IMG/VR virus record: IMGVR_UViG_3300033120_000579
Span: 1-64,000 of that record
Reading direction: 5' to 3' (one strand)
Length of the DNA stretch: 64,000 bases
DNA from: a virus
Taxonomy: Duplodnaviria > Caudoviricetes
Shown here: positions 38,181 to 47,236 of the stretch, piece after piece
How positions within the stretch are numbered: the stretch's first letter is position 1
Layout: every line of letters starts with the position of its first letter
Notes under the pieces: model-generated
What the model was told of the DNA's origin: nothing
The model's input: the letters and a program-made list of their open reading frames with translations, nothing else
The model's database searches: none
Program-made: the position numbers and the translations under genes

Positions 38181-38415
38181 ATTAGAAATACAACGTAAAA
38201 TTATAAATCAAGGCAATCATGATATAGGTAATGCTACGTGTACTGTTGGTGTTAATATTGAAGTAATGTTAAGAAAATTAAAAAAGAATGAATTAACATT
38301 TGAAGAATTACCTGAAAGATTTGAAAAAATTTTGAAAGCTTGTGAAAGAATTGATAAAGCTAGTGATTATATTTACTCTGAATCTAAAAAATTAAGAATA
38401 AATGAACAGAGTTAA
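38134..38415 (+). CDS. Hypothetical protein
   Basis: Helical ORF; true start probably 38173. Confidence 0.5.
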   Translation: MIILMIVFKNIKKMDKLEIQRKIINQGNHDIGNATCTVGVNIEVMLRKLKKNELTFEELPERFEKILKACERIDKASDYIYSESKKLRINEQS

Positions 38416-39253
38416 TTTTAAAAACATTAATACTAAATCTATAGATCAATCTTATTTTAAACCTAAAGTTAATGTGAAAGTTAAGAAAGAAATTGAAGAA
38501 AAATCTGTTGAAGTTAAAACTAAATATCAAAAATTTAGTCATGAACAATTAGATAATTATTGGTATTTAAAAGATAGAGTAATTGGTGAAGGACTTTATC
38601 AACAAATTAGACAAAGAGCTAAATATACTCCATATGATATTCCTGAAGAAATGAAACCTAATTCTAAACTTACTAAAAAAGATGTAGAAGATATTCTTAA
38701 TGAAACTTTTTATGATGAAGGTAAACTAGGAACTATTTATAGAGACAAATATGAAGTAGAACCAGGAGAATTTTCTAAAATAGATAATATTGTTGATAGA
38801 AACATAATTGAATCTAAAATTGAAAAACCTAAAGAAAAAATAATTAAAACTTTCATTGATAATGAAAATCGTAAATATAATGATAGAGGTTATCATGGTT
38901 GGCATGGACATTGTAAATATGAATTAAATAATTCTACTATAAAATTATCTGATAATGTTGGTGGATGTGGTGTTCAACAATTATATGGATGGGGAGATTA
39001 TAAAAATACATCAGAAATACCTAAATTATTAGATTATATTTTAAATGATTTACATTATGGTGTTAGTATGATAATGTGTCAAATAGGTAGTGATTATTAT
39101 GATACTTTATTTTGTAAAACAATTGAAAAATTAGGATTCAAATATCATGAAGAATATATTAATTATCAACATGGTGGTAGAGATACAGGTAGAATATATA
39201 CCTTAATTATAAATAAAAATGATAAAAATAAAAGAATTACAGAAGAGGAGTAA
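38402..39253 (+). CDS. Hypothetical protein with C-terminal GCG-motif (GNAT-like) domain
   Basis: GGCGVQQL..SMIMC..KLGFKYHEEYINYQHG..IYTL. Confidence 0.6.
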   Translation: MNRVNFKNINTKSIDQSYFKPKVNVKVKKEIEEKSVEVKTKYQKFSHEQLDNYWYLKDRVIGEGLYQQIRQRAKYTPYDIPEEMKPNSKLTKKDVEDILNETFYDEGKLGTIYRDKYEVEPGEFSKIDNIVDRNIIESKIEKPKEKIIKTFIDNENRKYNDRGYHGWHGHCKYELNNSTIKLSDNVGGCGVQQLYGWGDYKNTSEIPKLLDYILNDLHYGVSMIMCQIGSDYYDTLFCKTIEKLGFKYHEEYINYQHGGRDTGRIYTLIINKNDKNKRITEEE

Positions 39254-39965
39254 ATTAATTGAAGGTAGAAGTTTTGGTACTGGATTTACTATTTTAAATA
39301 AAATTGATGAAAATAAATATAAAACTTATTTACCATTTACAGCATGTAGAGATTATTTTAATGATTTTATATATTGTGAATTAACTAAAGAAGAAATTGG
39401 TATTGCTGCAGGATATAATCATAAAATATTAAATTGTTTTGATGATAAAAAATTATTTTATTTAGGAGTCAACACTCTTCATAATCAAAGAGGTGGTTTT
39501 TATAATGATTTTGATAAACATAAAAAATTGTTAACTGAAAATTATAAAAATTTAGAATCTTTATTAAATACTATAGAGTCTAAATTAAATTTAAAATATA
39601 AATCTAAAATTGAATTAGATGAAGATGCTTTAATTATCGAAGCTCCTATTTATTGGACTAAAAGTACAGCATTAATTAGTGTTTATACATTATTTATTCG
39701 TTGCTTTTTTGATGTACATGAAATTGTTTCAAAAGATAATATTGATAATATTATTATAAATAAAAAACCATTTATTCCTGCAGATCATTATTATAATTAT
39801 TATAAAGAATTTTATAATAAAATGTTAGATATAGATTTTATTAATTTAGATTATCAACCTTCTATGAAATATAATAAAAACGGAGTACATAATTTTGGAA
39901 TTGCTGGTGTTTTAAATCAAATAAAAGATAATGAAAAAAATAATAAAGAAGTTATCCCAGTCTAA
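39219..39965 (+). CDS. Hypothetical protein (CRDY...HN.G motifs)
   Basis: PFTACRDYFND, SVYTLFIR, VHNFGI. Confidence 0.65.
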   Translation: MIKIKELQKRSKLIEGRSFGTGFTILNKIDENKYKTYLPFTACRDYFNDFIYCELTKEEIGIAAGYNHKILNCFDDKKLFYLGVNTLHNQRGGFYNDFDKHKKLLTENYKNLESLLNTIESKLNLKYKSKIELDEDALIIEAPIYWTKSTALISVYTLFIRCFFDVHEIVSKDNIDNIIINKKPFIPADHYYNYYKEFYNKMLDIDFINLDYQPSMKYNKNGVHNFGIAGVLNQIKDNEKNNKEVIPV

Positions 39966-40215
39966 TGAATATGAATATAATTTATTAAAAGCATCAGAAG
40001 AACTTCAAGAATTGTCACTTGCATTGACTCAATTAGTTAATAAGCCTAATAAAGTTGATACTCAAGAAATTATAGATGAACTAGGAGATGTTACTATTAG
40101 ATTGAAAATTCTTAAAGAGTTGTTTGATAAAGAAGCAGTTAAGAAAAGGATTAAATATAAAATTAGTAAATTTAAATCTTATATTAAAAATGATAAATAT
40201 AAAGGTAAAATATAG
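39931..40215 (+). CDS. MazG-like NTP pyrophosphohydrolase
   Basis: EELQEL...DELGDV all-alpha NTP-PPase signature. Confidence 0.75.
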   Translation: MKKIIKKLSQSNEYEYNLLKASEELQELSLALTQLVNKPNKVDTQEIIDELGDVTIRLKILKELFDKEAVKKRIKYKISKFKSYIKNDKYKGKI

Positions 40216-40709
40216 TGGGAGTAGTTAGATATATTTCAGATCCACATTTTGGACATCGAAATATGGCTATTAGACGTGGATTTAAGGATGAAAATGAAAT
40301 GGATGAACATATTATATCAGAATGGAATAAAGTTGTTAATAAACGTGATACTGTATGGATTCTTGGTGATATAACTATGGAAAAATCTAACTATGAAATA
40401 TTAGATAGATTAAATGGAATTAAAAAAGTCATCTTAGGTAATCATGATGAACCTCAACATGTACCTAAATTATTACAATTTGTAAATAAAGTTTGTGCTG
40501 TTCAATACGTTAAAAATAAAGAATTTGGGAATTTAATATTTAGTCATATTCCAATACATCCACAAGAATTAGAATATAGATTTAATATAAATATTCATGG
40601 GCATGTTCATGAAAATACTTTAAATGATAGGAGATATATAAATGTATCTGCTGAAGTTATAGATTATAAACCTAAATTATTAAGTGAAATAATAAAATAT
40701 GAGAAATAA
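40215..40709 (+). CDS. Calcineurin-like metallophosphoesterase
   Basis: SDPHFGH, LGDI, GNHD, SHIP, HGHVH. Confidence 0.9.
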   Translation: MGVVRYISDPHFGHRNMAIRRGFKDENEMDEHIISEWNKVVNKRDTVWILGDITMEKSNYEILDRLNGIKKVILGNHDEPQHVPKLLQFVNKVCAVQYVKNKEFGNLIFSHIPIHPQELEYRFNINIHGHVHENTLNDRRYINVSAEVIDYKPKLLSEIIKYEK

Positions 40710-40986
40710 AAATAGAATTCCAATTGTTTTAAATATATTTGAAAATAATGATAAAGCTTTAATTGAATTTCTAGGTACAAATAGTAGTAAATTAATTCAT
40801 AATATTTATGATAATTGGGATGAAATTGATGAAACTTGGAATAAGTATCCAGATCTAAGATTTGGTCAATTATTAGTTAATTTAAGATTAATTCCTTCAA
40901 TAGATATTGAGAATAAAATTTGGAATATTGAAGAAAATAATTGGTTAATTAAAAACAATTACTTAGATGCAGGAACAAAGATTTAA
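40699..40986 (+). CDS. Hypothetical protein
   Basis: MRNKNRIP...WNKYPDLRFGQLL motif. Confidence 0.6.
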   Translation: MRNKNRIPIVLNIFENNDKALIEFLGTNSSKLIHNIYDNWDEIDETWNKYPDLRFGQLLVNLRLIPSIDIENKIWNIEENNWLIKNNYLDAGTKI

Positions 40987-41290
40987 TGAAGTAGTTGATC
41001 AAACTTTAAATGAAATCAGAGAAACTCTCATTGTCAAAGCAAAAGAGTACAGACGTAATAATAATGTATTTCACAACTTTGATGAAGGTAGTAAACGTTC
41101 TGGACTAATTAGAGAAAAGGTATTAGATGGAATGTTATTAAAACATGAAATATCTATTGCAGATATGACTAATGATTTAACAGAAGGTAAATTACCTAAA
41201 ATAGAAACTGTTAATGAGAAATTTGGAGATAATTTAATATACTTAATACTAAAGAAAGCTTCAATAATTGATAGAATTGAAAATGGTTAA
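40967..41290 (+). CDS. Nucleotide-modification-associated all-alpha domain protein (DUF1599-like)
   Basis: KAKEY..FHNF..KH..EKFGDNLIYL. Confidence 0.5.
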   Translation: MQEQRFNEVVDQTLNEIRETLIVKAKEYRRNNNVFHNFDEGSKRSGLIREKVLDGMLLKHEISIADMTNDLTEGKLPKIETVNEKFGDNLIYLILKKASIIDRIENG

Positions 41291-42143
41291 TTTTATAAAC
41301 AGAAAATCAATGTTAATTAGATATTCAGGAAGATCGAGTGATTATATCACTCCTTCTTTTGGATATGGTTGTTTACTAAATTGTTCATATTGTTATATGA
41401 AAAGACATTTACAAACAGGTTTATCTATTGCAAATAATTATAATGATATATTAACAGAAATTAATAATCATGCTTATTTTGATACTGTTGAAAAACCTAA
41501 TCAAACAGATGATAAATTTATAACATATGATTTTGCTTGTAATGAAGATTTTGCGTTACATCTAAAATATCATAAATGGGAAAAAATATTTGATTTTTTT
41601 AAAGAACATCCTATAGCTAAAGGTACAATTGCAACTAAGATAATACCAGTTGAATTATTAAATTATAATCCTAATAAAAAAATTAGAATAAGATTTAGTT
41701 TAATGCCTCAAATATACTCTACATTATTAGAACCTAATACACCATTAATTATTGATAGAATTAAAGCTATTAATACATTTATTGAATGTGGGTATGATAT
41801 TCATATTAATTTTAGTCCTGTAATTGTAGATGAAAATTGGTTAAAATATTATAAAGAATTATTTCAATTAGTTAATAATAATATTAAAAAAGAATATAAA
41901 AATGAAGTTAAATGTGAAGTTATATTTTTAACTCACAATGAAAGTAAACATTTACAAAATATAAAAAATAATTTACAAGGTGAAGAATTATTATGGAAAC
42001 CAGAAATACAAGAAAGTAAAGTTTCTACATATGGTGGTAAAAATTTAAGATATAAATTTAAATTAAAACAAAGATATATTGAAGAATTTAAACAATTACA
42101 TAATGAAGTAATACCTTGGAACAATATTAGATATATTTTTTAA
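41268..42143 (+). CDS. splB: Spore photoproduct lyase family radical SAM enzyme
   Basis: GCLLNCSYC, ACNED, ATK, RIRFSLMP, EP.T, NFSPVI, YGG..LRY. Confidence 0.8.
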   Translation: MIELKMVNFINRKSMLIRYSGRSSDYITPSFGYGCLLNCSYCYMKRHLQTGLSIANNYNDILTEINNHAYFDTVEKPNQTDDKFITYDFACNEDFALHLKYHKWEKIFDFFKEHPIAKGTIATKIIPVELLNYNPNKKIRIRFSLMPQIYSTLLEPNTPLIIDRIKAINTFIECGYDIHINFSPVIVDENWLKYYKELFQLVNNNIKKEYKNEVKCEVIFLTHNESKHLQNIKNNLQGEELLWKPEIQESKVSTYGGKNLRYKFKLKQRYIEEFKQLHNEVIPWNNIRYIF

Positions 42144-42159
42144 AATTAAATAATAAAAA

Positions 42160-42399
42160 ATGAGTAAATTAATAAAAGCAAATATACCAACACCTAAAAG
42201 TACAGTTATTAAAAGATTATATTTCGATAATAACAGAAATGATTTACGTGTTTATTTTAGAAGTGGTTCTGTATATGTATATACACCAGTTTCAGAAGAA
42301 TTTTTTAATAAAATAAGTAAAGCTGAAAGTAAAGGTAAATTCTTTAATAAGAATATTAAGAATAATGAAGCATTAACTTGTTTAAAATTGATTAAATAA
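42160..42399 (+). CDS. KTSC domain protein
   Basis: STVIK..L.VYFRSGSVYVY..V..F..AESKGKFFNKNIK. Confidence 0.85.
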   Translation: MSKLIKANIPTPKSTVIKRLYFDNNRNDLRVYFRSGSVYVYTPVSEEFFNKISKAESKGKFFNKNIKNNEALTCLKLIK

Positions 42400-42562
42400 T
42401 GATTTATAATATAGAATTAACATCTGAAGAAATTCAAGTAATACAAGTTGCTTTAGATTTTATATCTAATGGTAATATTGGATTTGAAGCTTTAGAAGGA
42501 TATATAGATAAAGATATTGATCCTTGGGAAATTAATAATAGTTTAAAAGAAAAATTTAAATA

Positions 42563-43078
42563 ATGAAATATTATTTATTAACATTTAATGAAGATTATGG
42601 TGATGAACATGATGTTCCAGCATTATCTTGTATGACAGAGAAAGAATATAATAATTGGTTAGAAACTCCTTCTGGAGAATTAAATATTAATTATGAACTA
42701 GAGTTAGAAAAATTTAATACTAATAAAAAAATTAGAGATACTTTTAGTATTAAATGTAAACAAATTTTAGGAGATAATTGGAATTCTATACCATTTACTC
42801 AATGGTCTGACGATTTATTAAAAGAATATAAAGAATTACCTAAAAATAGTTTTAGAGATTATCCTACAAAATTAAATTCTTCTAAAATGTATGCCTCATT
42901 AGGTAATTCAGGCGAATGCTTTTATGAAAATTATATGAATTATTATTTAATGAAAGAATTTGTTGAAGCTAATTTAGTTAAAATATTAGAAGTAACAGAA
43001 GAGTTTTATAATATATTTTATAAAGCAAATTTAAATAATTTAAGTTTATGTAATGTTTTTAAAATAAATGAATATTAA
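42563..43078 (+). CDS. Hypothetical protein
   Basis: 171-aa ORF, last of the plus-strand block. Confidence 0.6.
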   Translation: MKYYLLTFNEDYGDEHDVPALSCMTEKEYNNWLETPSGELNINYELELEKFNTNKKIRDTFSIKCKQILGDNWNSIPFTQWSDDLLKEYKELPKNSFRDYPTKLNSSKMYASLGNSGECFYENYMNYYLMKEFVEANLVKILEVTEEFYNIFYKANLNNLSLCNVFKINEY

Positions 43079-43086
43079 TTAAACAC

Positions 43087-43137
43087 AAAAAGACTCATAA
43101 AGAATCCTTAATTGGAAACTCTACGAGTCTTTTTTTT
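43087..43137. terminator. Bidirectional terminator between convergent modules
   Basis: AAAAAGACTC...GAGTCTTTTTTTT between convergent genes. Confidence 0.75.
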
Positions 43138-43150
43138 ATACCCTATAAAT

Positions 43151-46100
43151 TTATTTACCAAATCTACTGTTTAATCCATTATATAATTCTTCAGAAGTAA
43201 CTTCTAATTTACTTAATACTGGAATTAATTTTTCAGTTTTTCTAACAATTTTTAATTCACCTTTATTTTTACCTGTTTGATATTTATCATCAATTTCAGC
43301 CCAATTCCAAGGTAAAATATATTCAGCTACATCTAATGTTTGCTCAATAATTCTAAGTGATGGAATAGGACTTTTAGTAATTTTAGTAGCCTCTCTAGGA
43401 TCTCTAAATTGACTAAGTTCAGATTCTAATCTTCTTGATAAGAATGCAACTGTCCATAACCATTTGTTATCATCATCTCCATCTGCTGCACCTGCAGCTA
43501 ACATTCCAATTAATGGAAGTATTGCTCCAGTTAAAGCTAATTCCATTACAGACTTTTTAATACCAGCTTTTTTATCATCTGATAATTCATTCCAGTTAGA
43601 ACTTAATATATCAAATTTAAGTTGTCTTAAAGCAGGATAAACCCCATGAATAAGAAATCTAGCTGTACTTACATAAGAACCTTCTTCAGTAGTTCTAAGT
43701 GCGTTATTAAAATGAATATCTTCTTCAGTTAAGTTGTCTTGATGTTTATAAAATGATTGAGCACCTCTAAATCTAGCTACAGCTTGTGGTATTAAATAAC
43801 GTCTAAACAACATTATCATTTTACCCCACCAATGTCTATAAGCTTCAGGTTGTAAATTAGAATCATAATTACCCATTGTGTCAAAAATCTTTTTCTTTAC
43901 AAATAATAATAGTTGTTCCTTACCGCCTTCATTAAGTTTAGAACTTAAACTTCTATTAGTATAAACAACTTTATCATTCATTCTAACAATACCTTTATCA
44001 TCTTTAGCTAACATGTCTAATACTGATACAGCATCTTTTTCACTTACAATTTCACCATTTTTATTAATGTAATTATTATTAATATCCATAACTTTAATAG
44101 ATTCTAGTGTAGCCATAACCATAATAGATTGAACATAGTGTTCACCTCCAGAATGTAAAATTTGTAAAGATTCAAAATTGACTGCTGTTTTAGCAATACT
44201 ATTTTTAATAAATTCTTGTTGTTGAACTGTAAATCCACCAAAAGTATCAAACATTTGATTAACCTGATTTACAAATGATTGTTTAACTGGTCTAGAATAA
44301 TCTCCAAAAATATTAGGTAAATCTTTAGTATAAATTTCATTAGCTTTTTTAACAGAACCTTTAGTTAAATGATTACCTGCAACTCTTTCTAAAAATATTT
44401 GAGCTTGAGCATTTAAAACGTTTGCTGCTGCTGAAAATGTATTTAATGACAAACCTATAGAAGATACCCAACTATTAGTTGTACTAATAATTTTATTAAC
44501 ATCTAAAGGTCCCATTTTACCATAAGTAATATGAAATAAATCATAAATATTCTTTTCAATTAAATTACTAATCATTTTATATTCATTAGAATCAATACCT
44601 CTTTTAGTAGATTCTTTTTCTCTTTTAGCATATTTATTTAAAATAGAAATATTTCCTGCAGTTTTATTATAGTATTCTTTATTTTTAGCAATCATTTTAA
44701 TTGCTTCAACTTGTAATGAAATAGCTTGTTTTTCTTTGTAATTTATACCATTAATACGATTTAAACGATTGATTGTAAATAAGTCTAAAGATTGTTGATC
44801 TGGGCTAATATCACCTCTGTAATGAACTCTTAACATATTTACAGAATTACCTTTACTATCTAAACGTTGTTCAACATATCCAATATCATCAGGTCTAATT
44901 TCAGTTAAATCTTTCCAAGCATCTTTTAAAATACCTTTAGTATTACCTTCAAGAATTCTTTCTTCATTAGATTTGGTTACAGAAGGTAAATTATAATAAG
45001 TAATTCCTAAAAATGGTTGAATTAATGATTGAATACTATTAGTTTGAGTATCTGTAATTTTAGTATCACTAATAAAATGATTAAGAACTTCTTTTTCAAT
45101 TTTACTTAATTTAGATAAATCATTTTTCCATTTACTAGTTGGTATTTTAATTCCATCTACATTAACAGTATTATCTTTTATAAATTTAGAAAATTTATTT
45201 CTAGCTTTAATATATTCAACATCTTTAGAATTATTTTCAGAAGCTTTATATTTAGCTATTTTATCATTTTTTAATCTTAAATATTCTTCTCTAAATTTAA
45301 TAGAGTATTCTCCTTTATAATAAGCTTTACCAGTACTATCAAATTCTAATAAATTGGTATATAATTTAGTTGGGATACTAGAACCTCTTTCTTTAACTAA
45401 TTTATCAAATAATTCAGCATCTTTAAAATCACCTTCTCTAGTTTGTTCAATAATTTTTTCTCTAGCTTGAGTAATTAAGTTAAATGTAATACTAACTAAT
45501 CTAGAATTATTATTAATAGCATCCATAAATTTAACAGAAGCTGAAGAAATATCTGTTCCAATACCAATTAATAATAATTCAATTTCTTTATCTAAATCAA
45601 GTTGTATCTCATCTTTAAATGTAGTATTCATTTGTTGAGAAACCCATTCAGTTTGACTTATATTAGTTAAACCTCTTTGTTTAAATTCAGCATTTAATCT
45701 TTTTCTCCATTTATCTTCAATTTGAGGTAAATAATTAATATTATTTAATTGATTTTTAAGAATATCTATTAATTTACTATTAAGTCTTTTCTCTAATAAA
45801 TCATGTTTACCTGTTGCATCTGATATACTTTTTTCTATTTCATCAACAAGTTCTTGACCAACTTCATCAATTTTATCTTGATTTAAAGAAGTAATTAAAG
45901 TTGAAACATCATCAATTAAATCATAAGAAGACATATAACTTTTATACAATTCAATTATTTCTAAACCATTAGATTGAGTTAAATCTTCATTTTTAAGTCT
46001 AGTTTCTAATTGTTCAATTGTTGATAACATTGATTTAGTATAAACTGCTACACCTTTCCATTGATTAATTCCATCAACTTTATCTATTTCAGAAATTAAT

Positions 46101-47236
46101 TCTTTAATATGTTGTTCAAATTTAGTACCTTTGGCTTCATTATTTTTTTTATAAGACTTACTACGGTCTAATAAATTATCTAAATTATCTTTAGCTTTAT
46201 TTAAAGTTCTATTAAGTCTATCTTCGATTGTTTCAATTTTAGATTTAGAAGATTCTTTTTTATTAGCAAATATTAATTTTTGTAAATTAGTACCTCTATA
46301 ATCTCTTCTATCTTGTTGAACATAATCAACAACTTCTTCAATAAGTTTATCTATTTCCTTAGTCTTAGCTAATCCAAATAAGCGTCTTATAGCGTCAATA
46401 AATTGTTTCCAATATGAAGTATTATTTTCTCGATCTAAAGCTTTTAATTCTTCTCTAAATGCTTTATTAGCATATATTTCAGCTACAAATTCCTTTTCAT
46501 TTGTAAATCCATAACTTTGTATATCTAAAGAAAAATCTCCTATATCTTTAACACTTTTATCAACTTGTTTATTAAAATAATTAATATACCATTTATTAAT
46601 TAAATTTTTAAAATCTTTTTCTTCAAAAGTTTGAGGATTTAATAGAGCTTGTAATGTTTGAGAATGTGCTAATTCATGTAAAAATGTTTCAACTACTTCA
46701 TCTGTAGTAAAATTACCTAATCTTTGTCTATTTGCTTGAATTGTGTTAGTATCACTATTAATTTGCATAACAGTATTTTCATCAGACATTGCTACTTCAG
46801 ATACAAATTGAAATTTAGCTCCAGTTCTACCAATTAATCTTCTAGATTTTTCTAATAATTCAATACCAATAGGAGATAAATTCTTATAATTATTAAGAAT
46901 ATTTTCAAGAATTTCATCTACAGTAATCTTACCTTGTTGATTATTAAATAAAACTCTATTATTTTCATTAGAATAATCAATTGTTTCATCACTAATAACT
47001 TCAGTATTTTCACTCCAATCTAATTCATTTTTTTTAGACCCTTTAAGATTGTTAAAAATATTTTCAACTTTTTCAATTTGTTCAGATTGAATTACATCTT
47101 CAACTTTAGGGTATGAATCTAAACCATTTTTATCTTGATATTGACTTATTCTCATTTCTAATAAAAGTGAAGGAAGCTTAGTAGCTTCCAACAACTCTTG
47201 AAATTCTTTTGAACTGGTGTTAATGCAGTTTACCAT
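43151..47236 (-). CDS. Large ejected virion (cargo) protein with N-terminal zincin-like HExxH domain
   Basis: FLHELAH..EFVAE; hydrophobic segment near C-terminus; follows virion RNAP; only Cys is residue 4. Confidence 0.75.
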   Translation of the reverse strand: MVNCINTSSKEFQELLEATKLPSLLLEMRISQYQDKNGLDSYPKVEDVIQSEQIEKVENIFNNLKGSKKNELDWSENTEVISDETIDYSNENNRVLFNNQQGKITVDEILENILNNYKNLSPIGIELLEKSRRLIGRTGAKFQFVSEVAMSDENTVMQINSDTNTIQANRQRLGNFTTDEVVETFLHELAHSQTLQALLNPQTFEEKDFKNLINKWYINYFNKQVDKSVKDIGDFSLDIQSYGFTNEKEFVAEIYANKAFREELKALDRENNTSYWKQFIDAIRRLFGLAKTKEIDKLIEEVVDYVQQDRRDYRGTNLQKLIFANKKESSKSKIETIEDRLNRTLNKAKDNLDNLLDRSKSYKKNNEAKGTKFEQHIKELISEIDKVDGINQWKGVAVYTKSMLSTIEQLETRLKNEDLTQSNGLEIIELYKSYMSSYDLIDDVSTLITSLNQDKIDEVGQELVDEIEKSISDATGKHDLLEKRLNSKLIDILKNQLNNINYLPQIEDKWRKRLNAEFKQRGLTNISQTEWVSQQMNTTFKDEIQLDLDKEIELLLIGIGTDISSASVKFMDAINNNSRLVSITFNLITQAREKIIEQTREGDFKDAELFDKLVKERGSSIPTKLYTNLLEFDSTGKAYYKGEYSIKFREEYLRLKNDKIAKYKASENNSKDVEYIKARNKFSKFIKDNTVNVDGIKIPTSKWKNDLSKLSKIEKEVLNHFISDTKITDTQTNSIQSLIQPFLGITYYNLPSVTKSNEERILEGNTKGILKDAWKDLTEIRPDDIGYVEQRLDSKGNSVNMLRVHYRGDISPDQQSLDLFTINRLNRINGINYKEKQAISLQVEAIKMIAKNKEYYNKTAGNISILNKYAKREKESTKRGIDSNEYKMISNLIEKNIYDLFHITYGKMGPLDVNKIISTTNSWVSSIGLSLNTFSAAANVLNAQAQIFLERVAGNHLTKGSVKKANEIYTKDLPNIFGDYSRPVKQSFVNQVNQMFDTFGGFTVQQQEFIKNSIAKTAVNFESLQILHSGGEHYVQSIMVMATLESIKVMDINNNYINKNGEIVSEKDAVSVLDMLAKDDKGIVRMNDKVVYTNRSLSSKLNEGGKEQLLLFVKKKIFDTMGNYDSNLQPEAYRHWWGKMIMLFRRYLIPQAVARFRGAQSFYKHQDNLTEEDIHFNNALRTTEEGSYVSTARFLIHGVYPALRQLKFDILSSNWNELSDDKKAGIKKSVMELALTGAILPLIGMLAAGAADGDDDNKWLWTVAFLSRRLESELSQFRDPREATKITKSPIPSLRIIEQTLDVAEYILPWNWAEIDDKYQTGKNKGELKIVRKTEKLIPVLSKLEVTSEELYNGLNSRFGK

